Assembly: GCA_028534125.1 (NCBI GenBank)
Contig: CM052818.1
Span: forward strand, 12,774,001-12,838,000
DNA from: Lama glama
Taxonomy: Eukaryota
Direction of reading: 5' to 3'
DNA: 64,000 bases
The notes beneath the pieces were generated by a model that saw only the letters and a list, made by a program, of their open reading frames with translations, had not been told where the DNA came from and made no database searches. This document shows, one piece after another, positions 12,140-24,560 of this stretch. Every line of letters begins with the position of its first letter. The first letter of the stretch is position 1. A program made the translations under genes and the position numbers.

Positions 12140-13799
12140 TCTATACCAAAAAACTGTGTATTAAAGTCTTTGGTGGGTCAAATGTTTGGTTCTCCCAGCA
12201 ACTTAGAGCACCACTGTCCCAAGTGGAATCCATTAGCTTAAAATAGAAACGTTGTGCCAAATTGTTTGCTTCCATGAGCAAGCAATCCTACTTTGTTTTG
12301 TCACAAATGCTGGAGGAGCAGTTAAATATCTGCAAACTCAGATGATGCTCAGAAGAAATGATCCACAATAATCAGTAGCTCAGGGCAGAGGTAAGTCTGA
12401 ACTTGTATTATCTTTCCCTGAAATCAACATCAGCTAATCAAATAAAACCCTGAAATGTAGTAAATATTTAATGAATACTTAGGCTTTAATTCTTTTTCAG
12501 TTTTGTGATCCATTAATTGCACATGATTTCTAAAGCTGCAATTTCAGCCTGTATTTTTCTTGAGACCTAAAATTAAATTGAGTTGAAAAGTTGATATTTT
12601 TATTTTCATTACAAATAGAATATTCAGTTTAGAAAAAACTAAAAAAAATCTCAAGAAGGCATTTTTTTTAATTATAAATTAACAAATACTGGACTCTTAC
12701 AATTATTTTGTTCCTCAAAATCAAAACCAAATCATTTTAGCACTTGGCTAAAATTGTTGACACACGAATAGTGACAGAAAAAATATCTCTTTATGTCACA
12801 CCACACATAGCAAAGTACATGGGCTAAAAGGACCTGTGCCAGGTTTTAGTACCATCTTATAGATTTGCATGAATTATCATGTAATTTGCAACTCCACTGC
12901 CTGAAGTCCATTGCCGGGTAGTTTAGGATAACCATCTCCACTTTGTCAGTCAAAATATTACATCGGGATTTTTTTCTTCAGTATTGGGTAGTATGTGTGA
13001 AGATTAAAATAAATGATACTATCTTTCACAAATAAAACATGTTACGTTTATGTTTTCAGTTTAATGATTCACTGATTTTTTAAATTGTCTTTAATAAGAA
13101 AAAATAGATTTACCAGAGTGTGCTGAGCTTCACAAAGTCATGTGTTATACTTCTAATTACTATTTGATTTGTACAGCTTTTTAAACTAGCCCTCTGTGTT
13201 CTCCAGTGAGACATAATATGTTTTTATAGTTAAAATTCATTGTATTCTTCTATTCAAAACTTGATTCCTAATTTATATGGTGAAAATTGTTCCTCATTCA
13301 AATTTAGTTTTAAGATGTATTTTTTTCCTTGCTTGCAAAAGAAGTTTTAAAAGCTTGAATTAAAATGATTACAAGAAGTTTGACCAAATTTTAATAGGCT
13401 ACCAAACTAAAATGTGGGCTTTCTAATATGACAAATAAGAGTAATAAGACAAATGGCTGTAATTGTATTGACCTGTTCATCTAGCAGAACCATTTAAACT
13501 TGGTTGCCATGGAGAACATGCTGAGAATGAAACGGCAGGAGAAATCTAATTTAGCCCTAGTGCCAGTCAGTACCTCCAAGGCTACTTTCTAGCCTCTTTT
13601 CCGTGGAAATGTTTCCTAAGGTCACCAGTTGTATCCCCACATTTGCCCCAGAAAACTAATAACACTTCAGAATGTTCTGCACAGGAATATACATTTCCTC
13701 TCTTTACCACTAAGCAAGTATGGAATAAAGCACCCTTACACTTTGACGTGAACAATAGATCATTCTAACTCTACACGTACTATTAGCAGAAAGGTGCCA

Positions 13800-14860
13800 T
13801 TTTACAGTCTTTCTTTTTCTTGACTTCTCAGTAGTATTCAATACTGCTCATAACTCTCACTTATAAGATTCTCTTTCATTGATGTACATGATGCTATGCT
13901 CTCCTTTACCATTTTTACAGACTTGTCCCCTTGTATTCTCTTGGTAACTCAAAACTCAGACTTACCCCTTCTCTGTTACAATTCAAAACTTTTCTCTCCA
14001 TGGAATCTCATCCCCACTGAAGGCTTTGATTACCATTCATGTACTGATGATTCTCAAAATTTTATCTCCAGGCTAGACCATTCTTCAGAGCTTCAGGACT
14101 ATATGTTCCAATCTCTATATGGCCTTTCTACTGGGATAACTTAATGAGCCATATCCAAATCTGCTCTTCTCTTTCTTAGTGTTCTCTATGTCAGTGAACA
14201 CTATCAACTTCTATCAATAACTATCAATTATACAAGTCAGAAACTCAGGAGGTATTCTGGAGACCTTTTTTTTCCTTCAACTCCAATCCAGTAGCCCATC
14301 CTGTTGGCTCTTCATCCAGAATTTATGCCATCTCTGTTCCTTTCTTTCCTCTCCCGCTACCATTACCCTATTGAAAGCCACCACAGTGCCTCTCCTACAC
14401 TGCCCTCTCCTACACTACTGCAACAGCCTTTTAACTGGCTTCCCTATGTCTACTCTTACCCCTTCCAATAACTGTTTGACCTATAGACAGTTATTTAAAA
14501 ATTATGAACCTAACTTTATCAGATCATACAACTATCTCTTTATTAAAATAATCCATTGGCTTCCTACTGAGTTTACAATGAAGAACAAAATCCCTGGAAT
14601 TTTGACCATGGATACATGGCCTTTCAGGGCCTGTAAGGTCTTGCTTCTACTATGCCTCATCTTAACATCATGGTCCTCTCAGTTCTCTGCATTCTAGACA
14701 CATTGGCTTCTCTGAGTTCTAGAATAATTTATGTCCCTCACACCACAGAATCTTTGCACAGATTCTTGCCTTTGTTCAGTTTTCCTCGAATTTTCTTCCC
14801 TCCCCCTCCATGTTTTTCTATTATACATCAGCTCATTAATAATCCTATCAGAGATTTTTT
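13800..14860 (+). mobile_element. Long L2 fragment (ORF2 3' region)
   Basis: gatgattctcaaaattttatctccaggctagacc, caagtcagaaactcagg, actactgcaacagccttttaactggcttccct, tttgcacagattcttgcc. Confidence 0.85.
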
Positions 14861-15414
14861 TTTTCATAAGGGAGAAACATCATTAAATTCTTTGCTGAAA
14901 CCAGGGTAAGAAACAAAGATTGCAATACTTATATTCAGCATGTTCCCCTTATGAGTTTAGTTTTTCCAGCAAATACTTTGCTTTGACTCTAGCAGTTTGT
15001 TAACAAGTATTTTAATACAGATGAAAAGATTACATTTGTAATAATGCTGCTACACACTGGGTATGGATGAATCATGTATTTTTTGTATTTTTTTCTAAGC
15101 ATGGCTTAGTGTTATTGTAGAATAGACTAGAATAAAATAAAATAGAATAGAATTAACATGATTCATGGTCTCACTTGGAAGAATACAGTGGATGATGGAA
15201 TTCTTCTGAACAAGAGCTAAAACACCTCAATATGAACAGAATTCTTAGCTGCAAACAGCAGAAAACATTCTAAATAGTTTAAATAGAAATTAAACATATT
15301 CATGATATTTGGCAATTTTCAGAATCTCTGGGATATCCAGAGAATTAGGCTTGAAGTACCAAGAAAGTTATGAGGTCAAATTTCACTATATATTCTCTCT
15401 AAATTAATATCACA

Positions 15415-15550
15415 ATATTATGCCACCACATACTCACTGGAATGGCTAACACAAAAAAGACTGACAATAATATATATCCCTGAAGATGTAGAGCAACCAG
15501 AAATTTCACAAATTGCTGGTGGAATAGTGAGTTTAATAACTTGGAGGATG
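15415..15550 (+). mobile_element. Old L1 ORF2 fragment
   Basis: ccacatactcactggaatggctaac...gactgacaata...gaagatgtagagcaaccagaa...ttgctggtgga. Confidence 0.75.
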
Positions 15551-15869
15551 TATGTTAGGGGCTCCTTGAGTTCTTGTAATTTTCACTTTACTGCCAACAA
15601 TGCTGATCAGGTATTTTCATGTGATAATTTACTGAACAACATCTTAATTGTGTATTTTTCTTTATGTATGATATCCAATAAAAGAAAAACATTTTGGGTG
15701 GCCAAAGAGCAGGACAAACATCACTCCACTGTCTCTCCAGTTTTAATTTAGAAGGCTTTGAGTCAGGAATAGTGGGGATACCTATATAGACTTAATGGCA
15801 CCTTACAGGCAGAACTAGATATACCAAAAATGCCCTAACCATATGACAAAAATGAATAAATAAGATTAC

Positions 15870-16210
15870 ACTGCAACCTCATGAAAATGTATCATTAGAG
15901 AAGAGAAGAAGTAAGGCACACACTGGAAGAGGATATTTGCAATAAACAACTGATAGAAAATTTGTATCCAGAATATATAATTTTAAAGACTCTTACAAAG
16001 GAAAACACAGAAAACTCAGTGTAAAAATGGGCTAAAGACTTGAACATGCGATTCCCAAAAGATATATATATAAATGATCAATAAGAAATGAAAAACAAGA
16101 GAAAAATCATTAGTCAGAGGAATGTAAATTTAAACAATATCAAGTATTAGTACCACCCACCAGTATTAGTAGAAATAGAAAGATGACAAACAAGTGTTTG
16201 AAACAGTATA
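15870..16210 (+). mobile_element. Old L1 ORF2 fragment
   Basis: actggaagaggatatttgcaa...gtatccagaatatataa...aaaaatgggctaaagacttgaaca. Confidence 0.8.
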
Positions 16211-16239
16211 GATCAAAATATACAATTAAACATTAATAT

Positions 16240-16850
16240 TGTTTATCCATTTATCAATTAATGAGCATTGAGATTATTTCCACTTTTTAGCTATTATGAA
16301 TAATGCTATTACAGACACTCCTGTAAAAGTATTTGCAAGGAAATACGTTTCCAATTCTTCTGAGGATACAACTAGGAGTGGAATTGCTGGGTAATCCTAA
16401 GTATCACACTTTGGAAAACTACTCAACTGTTACTCAAAGCACTTGGATCATTTTATATTTCATCAGCAATGTATGAGGGTCCAATTTCTCTATATACTCA
16501 CCAACACTTGTTATTATCTATCCTTTTTGTTCCAGTTATCCTAGTGGGTGTGAAGTAGTATCTCATTGGGGTTTTGATTTGTATTTCCCTAATGACAAAT
16601 CATCCTTACTATTTTGTGTGCTTACTGGACACTTCTATATCTTATTTAGAGAAATATCTATTCAAATCCTTTGTCCATTTTTAAGTTGGGTTATTCATGT
16701 TTTTGCTGTAGAATTTTAAGAGTTTGTTAAAATTGTTTAGACTAGTCCCTTATCATGTTTGTGCTTTGTGAGTATTTCCCCCTTTCTGTGGATCATCTTT
16801 TCACTCTTTTGAGCGTATACTTTGAAGCACAAATTTTTTTAATTTTGTAT
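16240..16850 (-). mobile_element. L1 (L1MB/MC-like) ORF2 fragment
   Basis: ttccactttttagctattatgaataatgct, aggagtggaattgctggg, cagcaatgtatgagggtcc, gagaaatatctattcaaatcctttg. Confidence 0.9.
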
Positions 16851-16859
16851 TTTTTGTAG

Positions 16860-19040
16860 ACTGTCTTCTAGTACCCAAATCTCTCAGTAATTGTTTATAT
16901 GGGAATGGGTTAATTTCTCCCTTCATTTTTGAAGGACAGTTTTACTGTTTAAAGAATATTTGACTGACAGTTTTTTTTTTCTTTCAGCACTTTGAACATG
17001 CCCACCCACTGCTTTTGTTCTTCCACAGATTCTGATGAGAAATTAGCAGTTAATCTTATTGAAAATCCCCTCTACATGTTGAGTCACTCCTCTCTTGCTG
17101 CTTTCAAGATTCACTCTTTGTCTTTAAAAGTTTTATTTTGATGCTTCTATGTAGATTAACTTGAATTTTTTAAGTATAGTTTGTTAAGCCCCTTCGATAT
17201 GTTTATCAGTGTTTTCCATGAAGGTTGAAAAGCTTGCAGGCATTACTTCTTCAAATATCCTTTCTGCCTCTTTCCCTTCTTCTCTTACACATACTCTTCA
17301 TTACGTGTATCTTGGGACCCCTGATTGTGCCCCACAGGTCATTGTTCATTTTCCTCATTCTTTATTCTTTCTGCACCTCAGATTAGATTATTTCAATTGA
17401 CCAAACAGATTTTTCTGATTTTTTTTCCTGCAAGCTCAAATGTTGAGTCCCACTTTTATTTCACTGATTATACCTTTTAAATCCATAATTTTTATTTAAT
17501 TTCATCAGCTCAGCTAATCAGTGCACAGAACTTTTTTAAATAACTGGAACCGGTAGGTCTCACAGCCTTTGCTGATGGATTCTTTGTATGTGTTGGGATA
17601 CAACATCAGTGCTCAGACAAACAGCTCATAACTCCGTCTTAGTCTTCACTTTCAGCTTCTGCAAGAAATCTCAAGGTCTTCTTGAAAGTTTAGGGTCTTC
17701 TCTAGGCATACACACAGCTCTGGGCAGGTGTTGTGGTCTTCCAGATTCCCTGGAACCCATCTGAGATTTTTAAATCCCACTAATACCACATTGCCCTGAC
17801 TTTCCTTTAAAGTTTTTCTTTTTGAGCTACCCCAATTATTACTACTACCTCTGGCAGCTATGATATAAAACAACTGCCACTGACAAACGCCCCTAGGGAA
17901 ACGACTCTTCACTCAGAGCAAGTATAAATAAGGTCAAATAAAGAGAAATCCTGTACATGGGTGCTTCAAAAGAACTGCCAGACAGTATAAATAACTACAA
18001 TGCTCTAATAAGAAAGGTGATTTTGGAAGCTCTAAACCTTCTCTGCCCTGTCCAGTTGTTACTAACCTTCTGCTTATATCGATGATTACGGAATGGCTGA
18101 TTTTCAAAACAGCTTTGGAGCTGGGAGAGGGGCATGGCAATAAGACAAGTTTAAATACCACAAATCTAACTGTTCTTACCAAGATTTAGCTATTTTTCTT
18201 GAATAAACACGTGTCAGATTTTTGAAAGACTTAGGTTAATTTTCAGAGATCTGAAAATTTTTATTTTGACAAATTTTGCCAGTGTACACGTTTCTTTTAT
18301 GAGAGGTAGATTTTTGGAAGACCTTGCTCTGCCACCCCTGATAACATAACTCACTTCAGTTTTGAGAGTAGTATTACTGGATATAAAACTATGATGACCA
18401 GATTTTTTTCTTTCAGCCCATAAAGATGTCACTCCACTGTTCTTTCCCTTGCACTGTTTCCAATGAGAAGTCTGCAGCCATTCATGTCTTTGCTCCTTTA
18501 GCCTTTTCTCCCTGTAGTTTCTGTAAATATTTTTTCTTTATAACTGATTTTAATCAATGTAATTATGAATATTCCTGTATAATTTTACTCATGTTCCTAG
18601 TTTTTGTGCATCTTGGATCTACGGTTTTATAATTTTCAGCAAATTTAGAAAAAAAATCTAGCTGATTTTTTCTTCAAATAATTTTTGTCTGAATCCCCAA
18701 CCTCCTTTGACACTCCTTTGTAATTACACATTTTTAAGGTTTCTTTAAGTTGTCCTACAATTCACCAATGCTTTCATCATTTCTTCCCAGTCATCCTCAC
18801 TATTTTATTTTCTAAAATTTCTGTTCTTGCCTTTATTCTTCTCTATGTATGTGACTTTTCCCTGGATACCTTCAAGATTTTCTCTTTCTTGTTGGCCTTT
18901 AGCAGTCTATGATGTGTTGGTAGTGTTTCTTTTTTCTTATTTGTTTTTTTTTGTTTGTTTGTTTGTCTTTGTTTTAGTATTTATCCTGTACAAAGCTCAC
19001 AGAGCTTCTTGGATTTTTTGTTTAATGTCTTCCATTATTT
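16860..19040 (-). mobile_element. Mosaic of old L1 5' ends/ORF1 (L1MD/L1ME-like), probably two or more elements
   Basis: cttcatttttgaaggacagtttt, ttctttcagcactttgaac, tctgatgagaaattagc, ctgctttcaagattc; a second ORF1-like copy from ~18350 (tttctttcagcccataaagatgtcactccactgttct). Confidence 0.75.
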
Positions 19041-19250
19041 TCCCACATTATGTATCTTAAGCAGTAGCCACACTCCTTATTTAAACACTCACTAAACAAG
19101 CGTAATTTTTACCCAAAAGGTAAAATTGAAGAACAGTTTCAAGAGGGAAGATGGAAGAATAAACAAGTATTACCTATTTTAGGATATTCTACAACTAGCT
19201 TATTTCAAATTGTGGACCAGCTCTCTTTAGCAATATCTTTACTATTACTA

Positions 19251-19310
19251 TGTGAGGCAGGGGAAATTTTTCATTTTTAATGTGAGGTAGGGGAAAATTT
19301 TCAATTTTCA
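19251..19310. repeat. 30-bp tandem duplication
   Basis: tgtgaggcaggggaaatttttcatttttaa / tgtgaggtaggggaaaattttcaattttca. Confidence 0.9.
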
Positions 19311-20529
19311 AAGTAACCAATTACATTCCTAGCAAGACAGAAACAAAATTCATGCTGCAATTTCCCATTAAAACTATAAAACAAAAGCTAATTACCTTTT
19401 AATGTGGATGAATCACACATGATTCCACACAGTGATCTAAAACTATGGTATACTACTCACAGGGGTAAAATTTCCTCACAAAGTAATTCCATTATAAGTT
19501 AAATTATCTTTGTAAGGGTAATACTGAAAACTAACCTACAATTTTAGCATTATTTGTACCCTTCCTTCAAGTAACATATGAGATAAAGAAAAAAGTACTT
19601 TGGAAAGTGTAAAGTGCCATATACATTTAAGATGATAACTTTTCTGCTTTAAGTTCTAAATAACTGATATACACTCTGCTTTTATACATCATCCACATTG
19701 GTTTCAAGTAACAATTGTTAGAAAAACATCCAAGGTTACATAAAGTGAATTTCTATAAGGAAAGTAGATTTTATTTTATTTTACAGATAGTCTACATAGA
19801 TTTAATTAGTTAGAAGACTGCTAAATCTCTTCTTCACTTTGTGCAGTTTAGGTGGAACTACATTACTAATTCACACCAAAACATAACTTATTGAAGGAGA
19901 AGAGCATTAGCCTCAAATGTCACACTTAACAGCATTAGTTCTCAAAATATCACAGTTAGTTATTAAGATAAAATGCACCCCAGATGTTCACAAAACCTAC
20001 CTACTCATACCAACATTACAGTTCAAAAGAGAGAAGAATTGATTTTCTGAAGTAAAAGGCTTTTGAGAACAGGATGAACCTAATGAAATGCAAAATCTTT
20101 ACTAATAATTAATAACCCAGAGGTTCGCAACTCAGCTATAGCTAAGAAGCAAGTAAAGGTCAGTCTTAACAGAGTATCTTTCAGTTCCCCCCAAGAATTA
20201 GTAAAAACCAATAAATATTGTTTTAATTGTAAAATATAAGAACTTCAGAGCACTTGAGATAATATATGAGATTTTCTTTTGTAACGGCATTTTATTAAAA
20301 GTATTGTAAAGCAGGAAACAGATAAAATACACCAAAGAATATGTGTTCCCTCATTTTCATACAGATATGCAATATTCCTATGGGAGTAGCACTTTGTGTC
20401 ATTTTTAATTAGATGGCCTATACTGACCATTAATTCAGTAACTAAAAATAAAGAAAATACCTCTACTTCACATTATCTTTTGGGCTTATCTGCTGTCTCC
20501 ATGGGTAACAAGAAACATTTTTTGTGTTA

Positions 20530-21090
20530 AATTTGTATCATGTGATGTTGATACATACAAAACATACGCACACACACATACATCTTATATAGTATACGAT
20601 AAACATCAGTCAATTCATTATCTAGCTTAAAAGCTAGAATATTAAAAACACTATTGAAACTCCTGTGTGCTTTTTCCAGTTTCAGTTTGTCTACTCACCC
20701 ATAGCCCCATTTCTACCAGAGGCAACTGGCTTCCACTTTTTCAGAGATTTATCTTCAGTGTATCTTTCCATACACTATAAATCCTTTTATCTTGTTGTTT
20801 TGCAGTTAACAAAAGTAATAATACTGTATGTAGTAACCTGAAATCATTCATTTCACATAATATATTTCTAAGATTCATACAGGTTAATGTACATAGTAGT
20901 TCATTCATTTTTACTGATGAATTTATTTCATCACGCTATACAACTATGTATTTTTCTATTCTCCTGTCAATATGAGTCAACTTACGAGTTGTTTCCAAAA
21001 TTTTATTTTTATAATATTTGCTTCAGTGAATTTCCCTGGAATTTTTTTTTGATTGCCACTGACGTATATGTGCAAGAGTTTCTGTGAGGT
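20530..21090 (-). mobile_element. L1ME-like 3' end
   Basis: ccagaggcaactg, tttctaagattcatacagg...gtagttcattcatttttactg, gtatatgtgcaagagtttct. Confidence 0.7.
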
Positions 21091-21189
21091 GAGACTTTTC
21101 ATACCATGAATCACTTCCTAATGAAATCAATATAGTTACTATCAACAGTTTTTCATGTTTTTAAAAAGAATAGAATAGAAATGTAATTC

Positions 21190-21850
21190 CATAAAAATAG
21201 GCAAAACATTATCTGACATACATTTCAAAAATTTTCTCCTAGAAGAAATAAAAGCAAGAATAAACAAATGGGACCTAATGAAACTTACAAGCTTCTGCAC
21301 AGCAAAGGAAACCAGAAGTAAAACAAGAAGAAAANNNNNNNNNNNNNNNNNNNNNNNNNNNNNNNNNNNNNNNNNNNNNNNNNNNNNNNNNNNNNNNNNN
21401 NNNNNNNNNNNNNNNNNNNNNNNNNNNNNNNNNNNNNNNNNNNNNNNNNNNNNNNNNNNNNNNNNNNNNNNNNNNNNNNNNNNNNNNNNNNNNNNNNNNN
21501 NNNNNNNNNNNNNNNNNNNNNNNNNNNNNNNNNNNNNNNNNNNNNNNNNNNNNNNNNNNNNNNNNNNNNNNNNNNNNNNNNNNNNNNNNNNNNNNNNNNN
21601 NNNNNNNNNNNNNNNNNNNNNNNNNNNNNNNNNNNNNNNNNNNNNNNNNNNNNNNNNNNNNNNNNNNNNNNNNNNNNNNNNNNNNNNNNNNNNNNNNNNN
21701 NNNNNNNNNNNNNNNNNNNNNNNNNNNNNNNNNNNNNNNNNNNNNNNNNNNNNNNNNNNNNNNNNNNNNNNNNNNNNNNNNNNNNNNNNNNNNNNNNNNN
21801 NNNNNNNNNNNNNNNNNNNNNNNNNNNNNNNNNNAAAAATGTTAAAAAAA
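21190..21850 (+). mobile_element. Young L1 spanning the assembly gap
   Basis: Left edge translates to KLTSFCTAKET (ORF2p motif); right edge aaaaatgttaaaaaaa matches the tail of the young L1 at ~31722-31741. Confidence 0.8.
21335..21834. other. Assembly gap (500 N)
   Basis: Run of N. Confidence 1.
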
Positions 21851-22029
21851 TTGGTTTCAGTTACTTCTATATACCTATACACATGTATATTTATATATTT
21901 ATGATAATAGTGGGATCACAGTGTACAATGTAATATAGGTCTGGTTCACAAAAGTTTGAAAACATCATATACTAACAAGTGGAACTGCTTAGTTATAATA
22001 TATGTCCATACTTAGTTTTACAAGCTAAG

Positions 22030-22260
22030 GCCAACATATTTTCAAATTGTTTATACCAACATATAGATTTATTTACTCTGTCCAAGAGTGTACACATTTT
22101 CTATATCCTCACTAACATTTAGTCGCTAAGTATTTTAATTTTTGCCAATCTAGTCACTGGGTGTAAAATGGTCTCTTATTTTCATTTTTAATTTTCATCT
22201 TCTGATGACTATGAGACTTATTATGTATTTATTAGGCATTTGCTGTATTCCTGTGAAAGA
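22030..22260 (-). mobile_element. Old L1 ORF2 fragment, likely the continuation of the 20530-21090 element
   Basis: ttttcaaattgtttatacc, tatcctcactaacatt, ttttaatttttgccaatctag...tgtaaaatggtctctt. Confidence 0.65.
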
Positions 22261-22774
22261 CATCGCTTTCAGTTTCAGATGTACCAAGACATAGCCTGAC
22301 AGCAAAAGAGACATGGAAATAATTTCAGAGTTAGCGATTACAACCCAGTTACTAGATCTAAGACAGGTGACAGAATTCTAAGCCCCAGAGGGCCAGCTTT
22401 GACTGACACTGGCTCAGAAATTGGCTCTGAACTTGGGCTCCCAGGGGACCATATAAAGCAGACTGAGAAATTTTGGAGAGACTCATGTAAGTCAGGCCAT
22501 GCCCCAGCAAATGACACATAAGCATGCAGAACACAATCTTTTCGTCCCTTACAAGTTGGCTTACAGCCAACCCTGAATATATCTTAGTACATACATACAA
22601 TTTGTGACAAGGGATGATTCTTGAAATGTTTCAATTTCTGGATATTTCTCATACTCAAGTTGTCTGAGGAGTTTGGGGGGTTCTAGTCTCACAAACCAGT
22701 GTGACAGGCTTTGCACAAATGATTTTGCTTTTAATGTTAGAATCCTTGCCTAAGCATTAGTGAGATGAAGTTCT

Positions 22775-22990
22775 CAGAGTGAGACAAACCTGTTCAAAAC
22801 TCTGTCCCAGACACTCTGACTCTATGACCTTGGCAAGTCACTTCATTTTCTTCTTGGGTCTTAGTTTGATTCCCCCTTTTTAAAAAATTAATAGTAAAAG
22901 TAGTTATCCTGCAGTATCATCATGAAGATTTATTAAATTAATAAAAGAACATATTCAAAATTTCTGGTGCAAGGCCTGCAACACTAACCA
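22775..22990 (+). mobile_element. MIR SINE
   Basis: gagtgagacaaacctgttcaaa...tatgaccttggcaagtcacttca core. Confidence 0.7.
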
Positions 22991-23029
22991 TAGTGGTATG
23001 ATAAATAGTGTTAGGCATCTTCAAGTAAA

Positions 23030-23620
23030 TGCATATTCAAGCACAGACTAGGACTATGATCTTGTGAGGATGATAAGGTTGCTTGATCCAAATACTCTGC
23101 CCTATGGAGTTTCCGGTACAGTAGATGCAAGACACATACAGAAACAATCACAATACTAACAATAGAGGTTATACCAAAGGGTGGTACTGAACTGTCACAA
23201 ATATAGGGGTCACTTCCCCTCTAGCTTGGTTGAAAAAGAGGGATTTTAACAAGGCCTATAATTCTGGTGACAAGAAAAGCAGAGGCTGGGAAACAGCAAA
23301 AATATAGAACATGGAAAATTAAAGAACAGTTTAAATAAGCATTGAGTAGAATAGTTTGTGGAGAACACCCATTTACCTAACGTAAAAATGAGACTTATGG
23401 CCAGGAAGTAAGTTAGGGTCAACCCATGGAGGGGTTTGGATGCCTGGCTAAGATGTTTAGATTTTATATGCAGGCAGGGAGTGTCAGTGAAAGTTTTTGA
23501 GAAGCTGTTGTAAAAGATTAGACTTCTTATTGGAAGAAAAAGGTGGAGGAGGGAAACATAGTGAGGGGTGTTGTCAGAAGACTAAGAGGCACTGAGGCCA
23601 TGTGAACCATAAATACCTAC
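23030..23620 (-). mobile_element. L2 fragment
   Basis: ctgccctatggagtttccggtacagtag...; tgcctggctaagatgtttagattttat...gtcagtgaaagtttttgag. Confidence 0.6.
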
Positions 23621-24532
23621 ATCGTAACTGAGATAATGGGAATGGTGCCAGGAAAATTGCCTGTGTTTTCTTTTTTATCTGGCTTACCCTGGCTAGAAAA
23701 GCATGTGAGAAACTTTACCTTCTCTTCCAAAGAGCCCCAGAGGAAAACAGTTAGGCTGAGAACAAGAACCCTCATATTAATAACAAAAGAGCATCTGAGC
23801 TCAGAGAGGAGACTACCATTGACGCCTGTGAGTTGCTGCTCTGAATGACTTTATCTTCTAAAGAGTGTTGTGTTGTTTCCCTATTATGCTTTCAGAGACA
23901 ACATTGTAGACATTTGAACTTTACTGAGAACGAAGTCAATATTTCAACAAATATAGATGCTTTCCTCTTCCTTCAATAAAAGAGCATGGGGGCTTGACAA
24001 CATGGTACTGAAAAGTTGTCTGCTAGTTTATAATACTATCCCCAACAATGCCAAAAAGAAAACATTAACTTTTAAGATGAGTAATGAAATTTAGGAAGAG
24101 AAAATACCAGTATATATTTGCAGTATCTCTCTCTTAATGGCCTCAAAATACACTGCAAAGACAATCTTAAAGGTTAGCAGTATAAACTTCCTTGGTTTGG
24201 AAGTAACAAGATTATTCACTGAATGAGTGCCAGGCATTGAGCTAGGCACCTGCAGGGAAATGCAAAAATAAATAATGATCAGTGTTTTAATTAACATGCT
24301 ACAGCAGGTAGAAGAGAAGAGAAAAGTAAGTCCACTGGCCTGAGACAAACAGACTGACTCCTTAAGGAAGTATTGATGTGTTAGATGATACAGAGTAGGT
24401 GCTGTAGAATTTGGGAGTGGGAAGTAAAACTAGCTATCATTTCATCAAATTGCTTCCTTAATAGTAAGTATATAATCATAAATATATACCTAAGTATTTT
24501 GAAAACATACAAAATGTTTTCAAGTACATAGT

Positions 24533-24560
24533 TTTTGTTTGTTTGTTTGTTTGTTTGTTT
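24533..24560. repeat. (TTTG)n microsatellite
   Basis: tttttgtttgtttgtttgtttgtttgttt. Confidence 0.95.

Noticed and set aside
12391..12396. Strong + strand donor GAG|GTAAGT
   Set aside because: No convincing paired acceptor or open frame; isolated donors are frequent by chance.
13504..13518. RFX X-box-like GTTGCCATGGAGAAC
   Set aside because: Single imperfect motif with no promoter context; cannot be supported from sequence alone.
21142..21904. The two longest ORFs in the track (246 and 208 aa)
   Set aside because: Artefacts of translating through the N gap; the flanks are L1.
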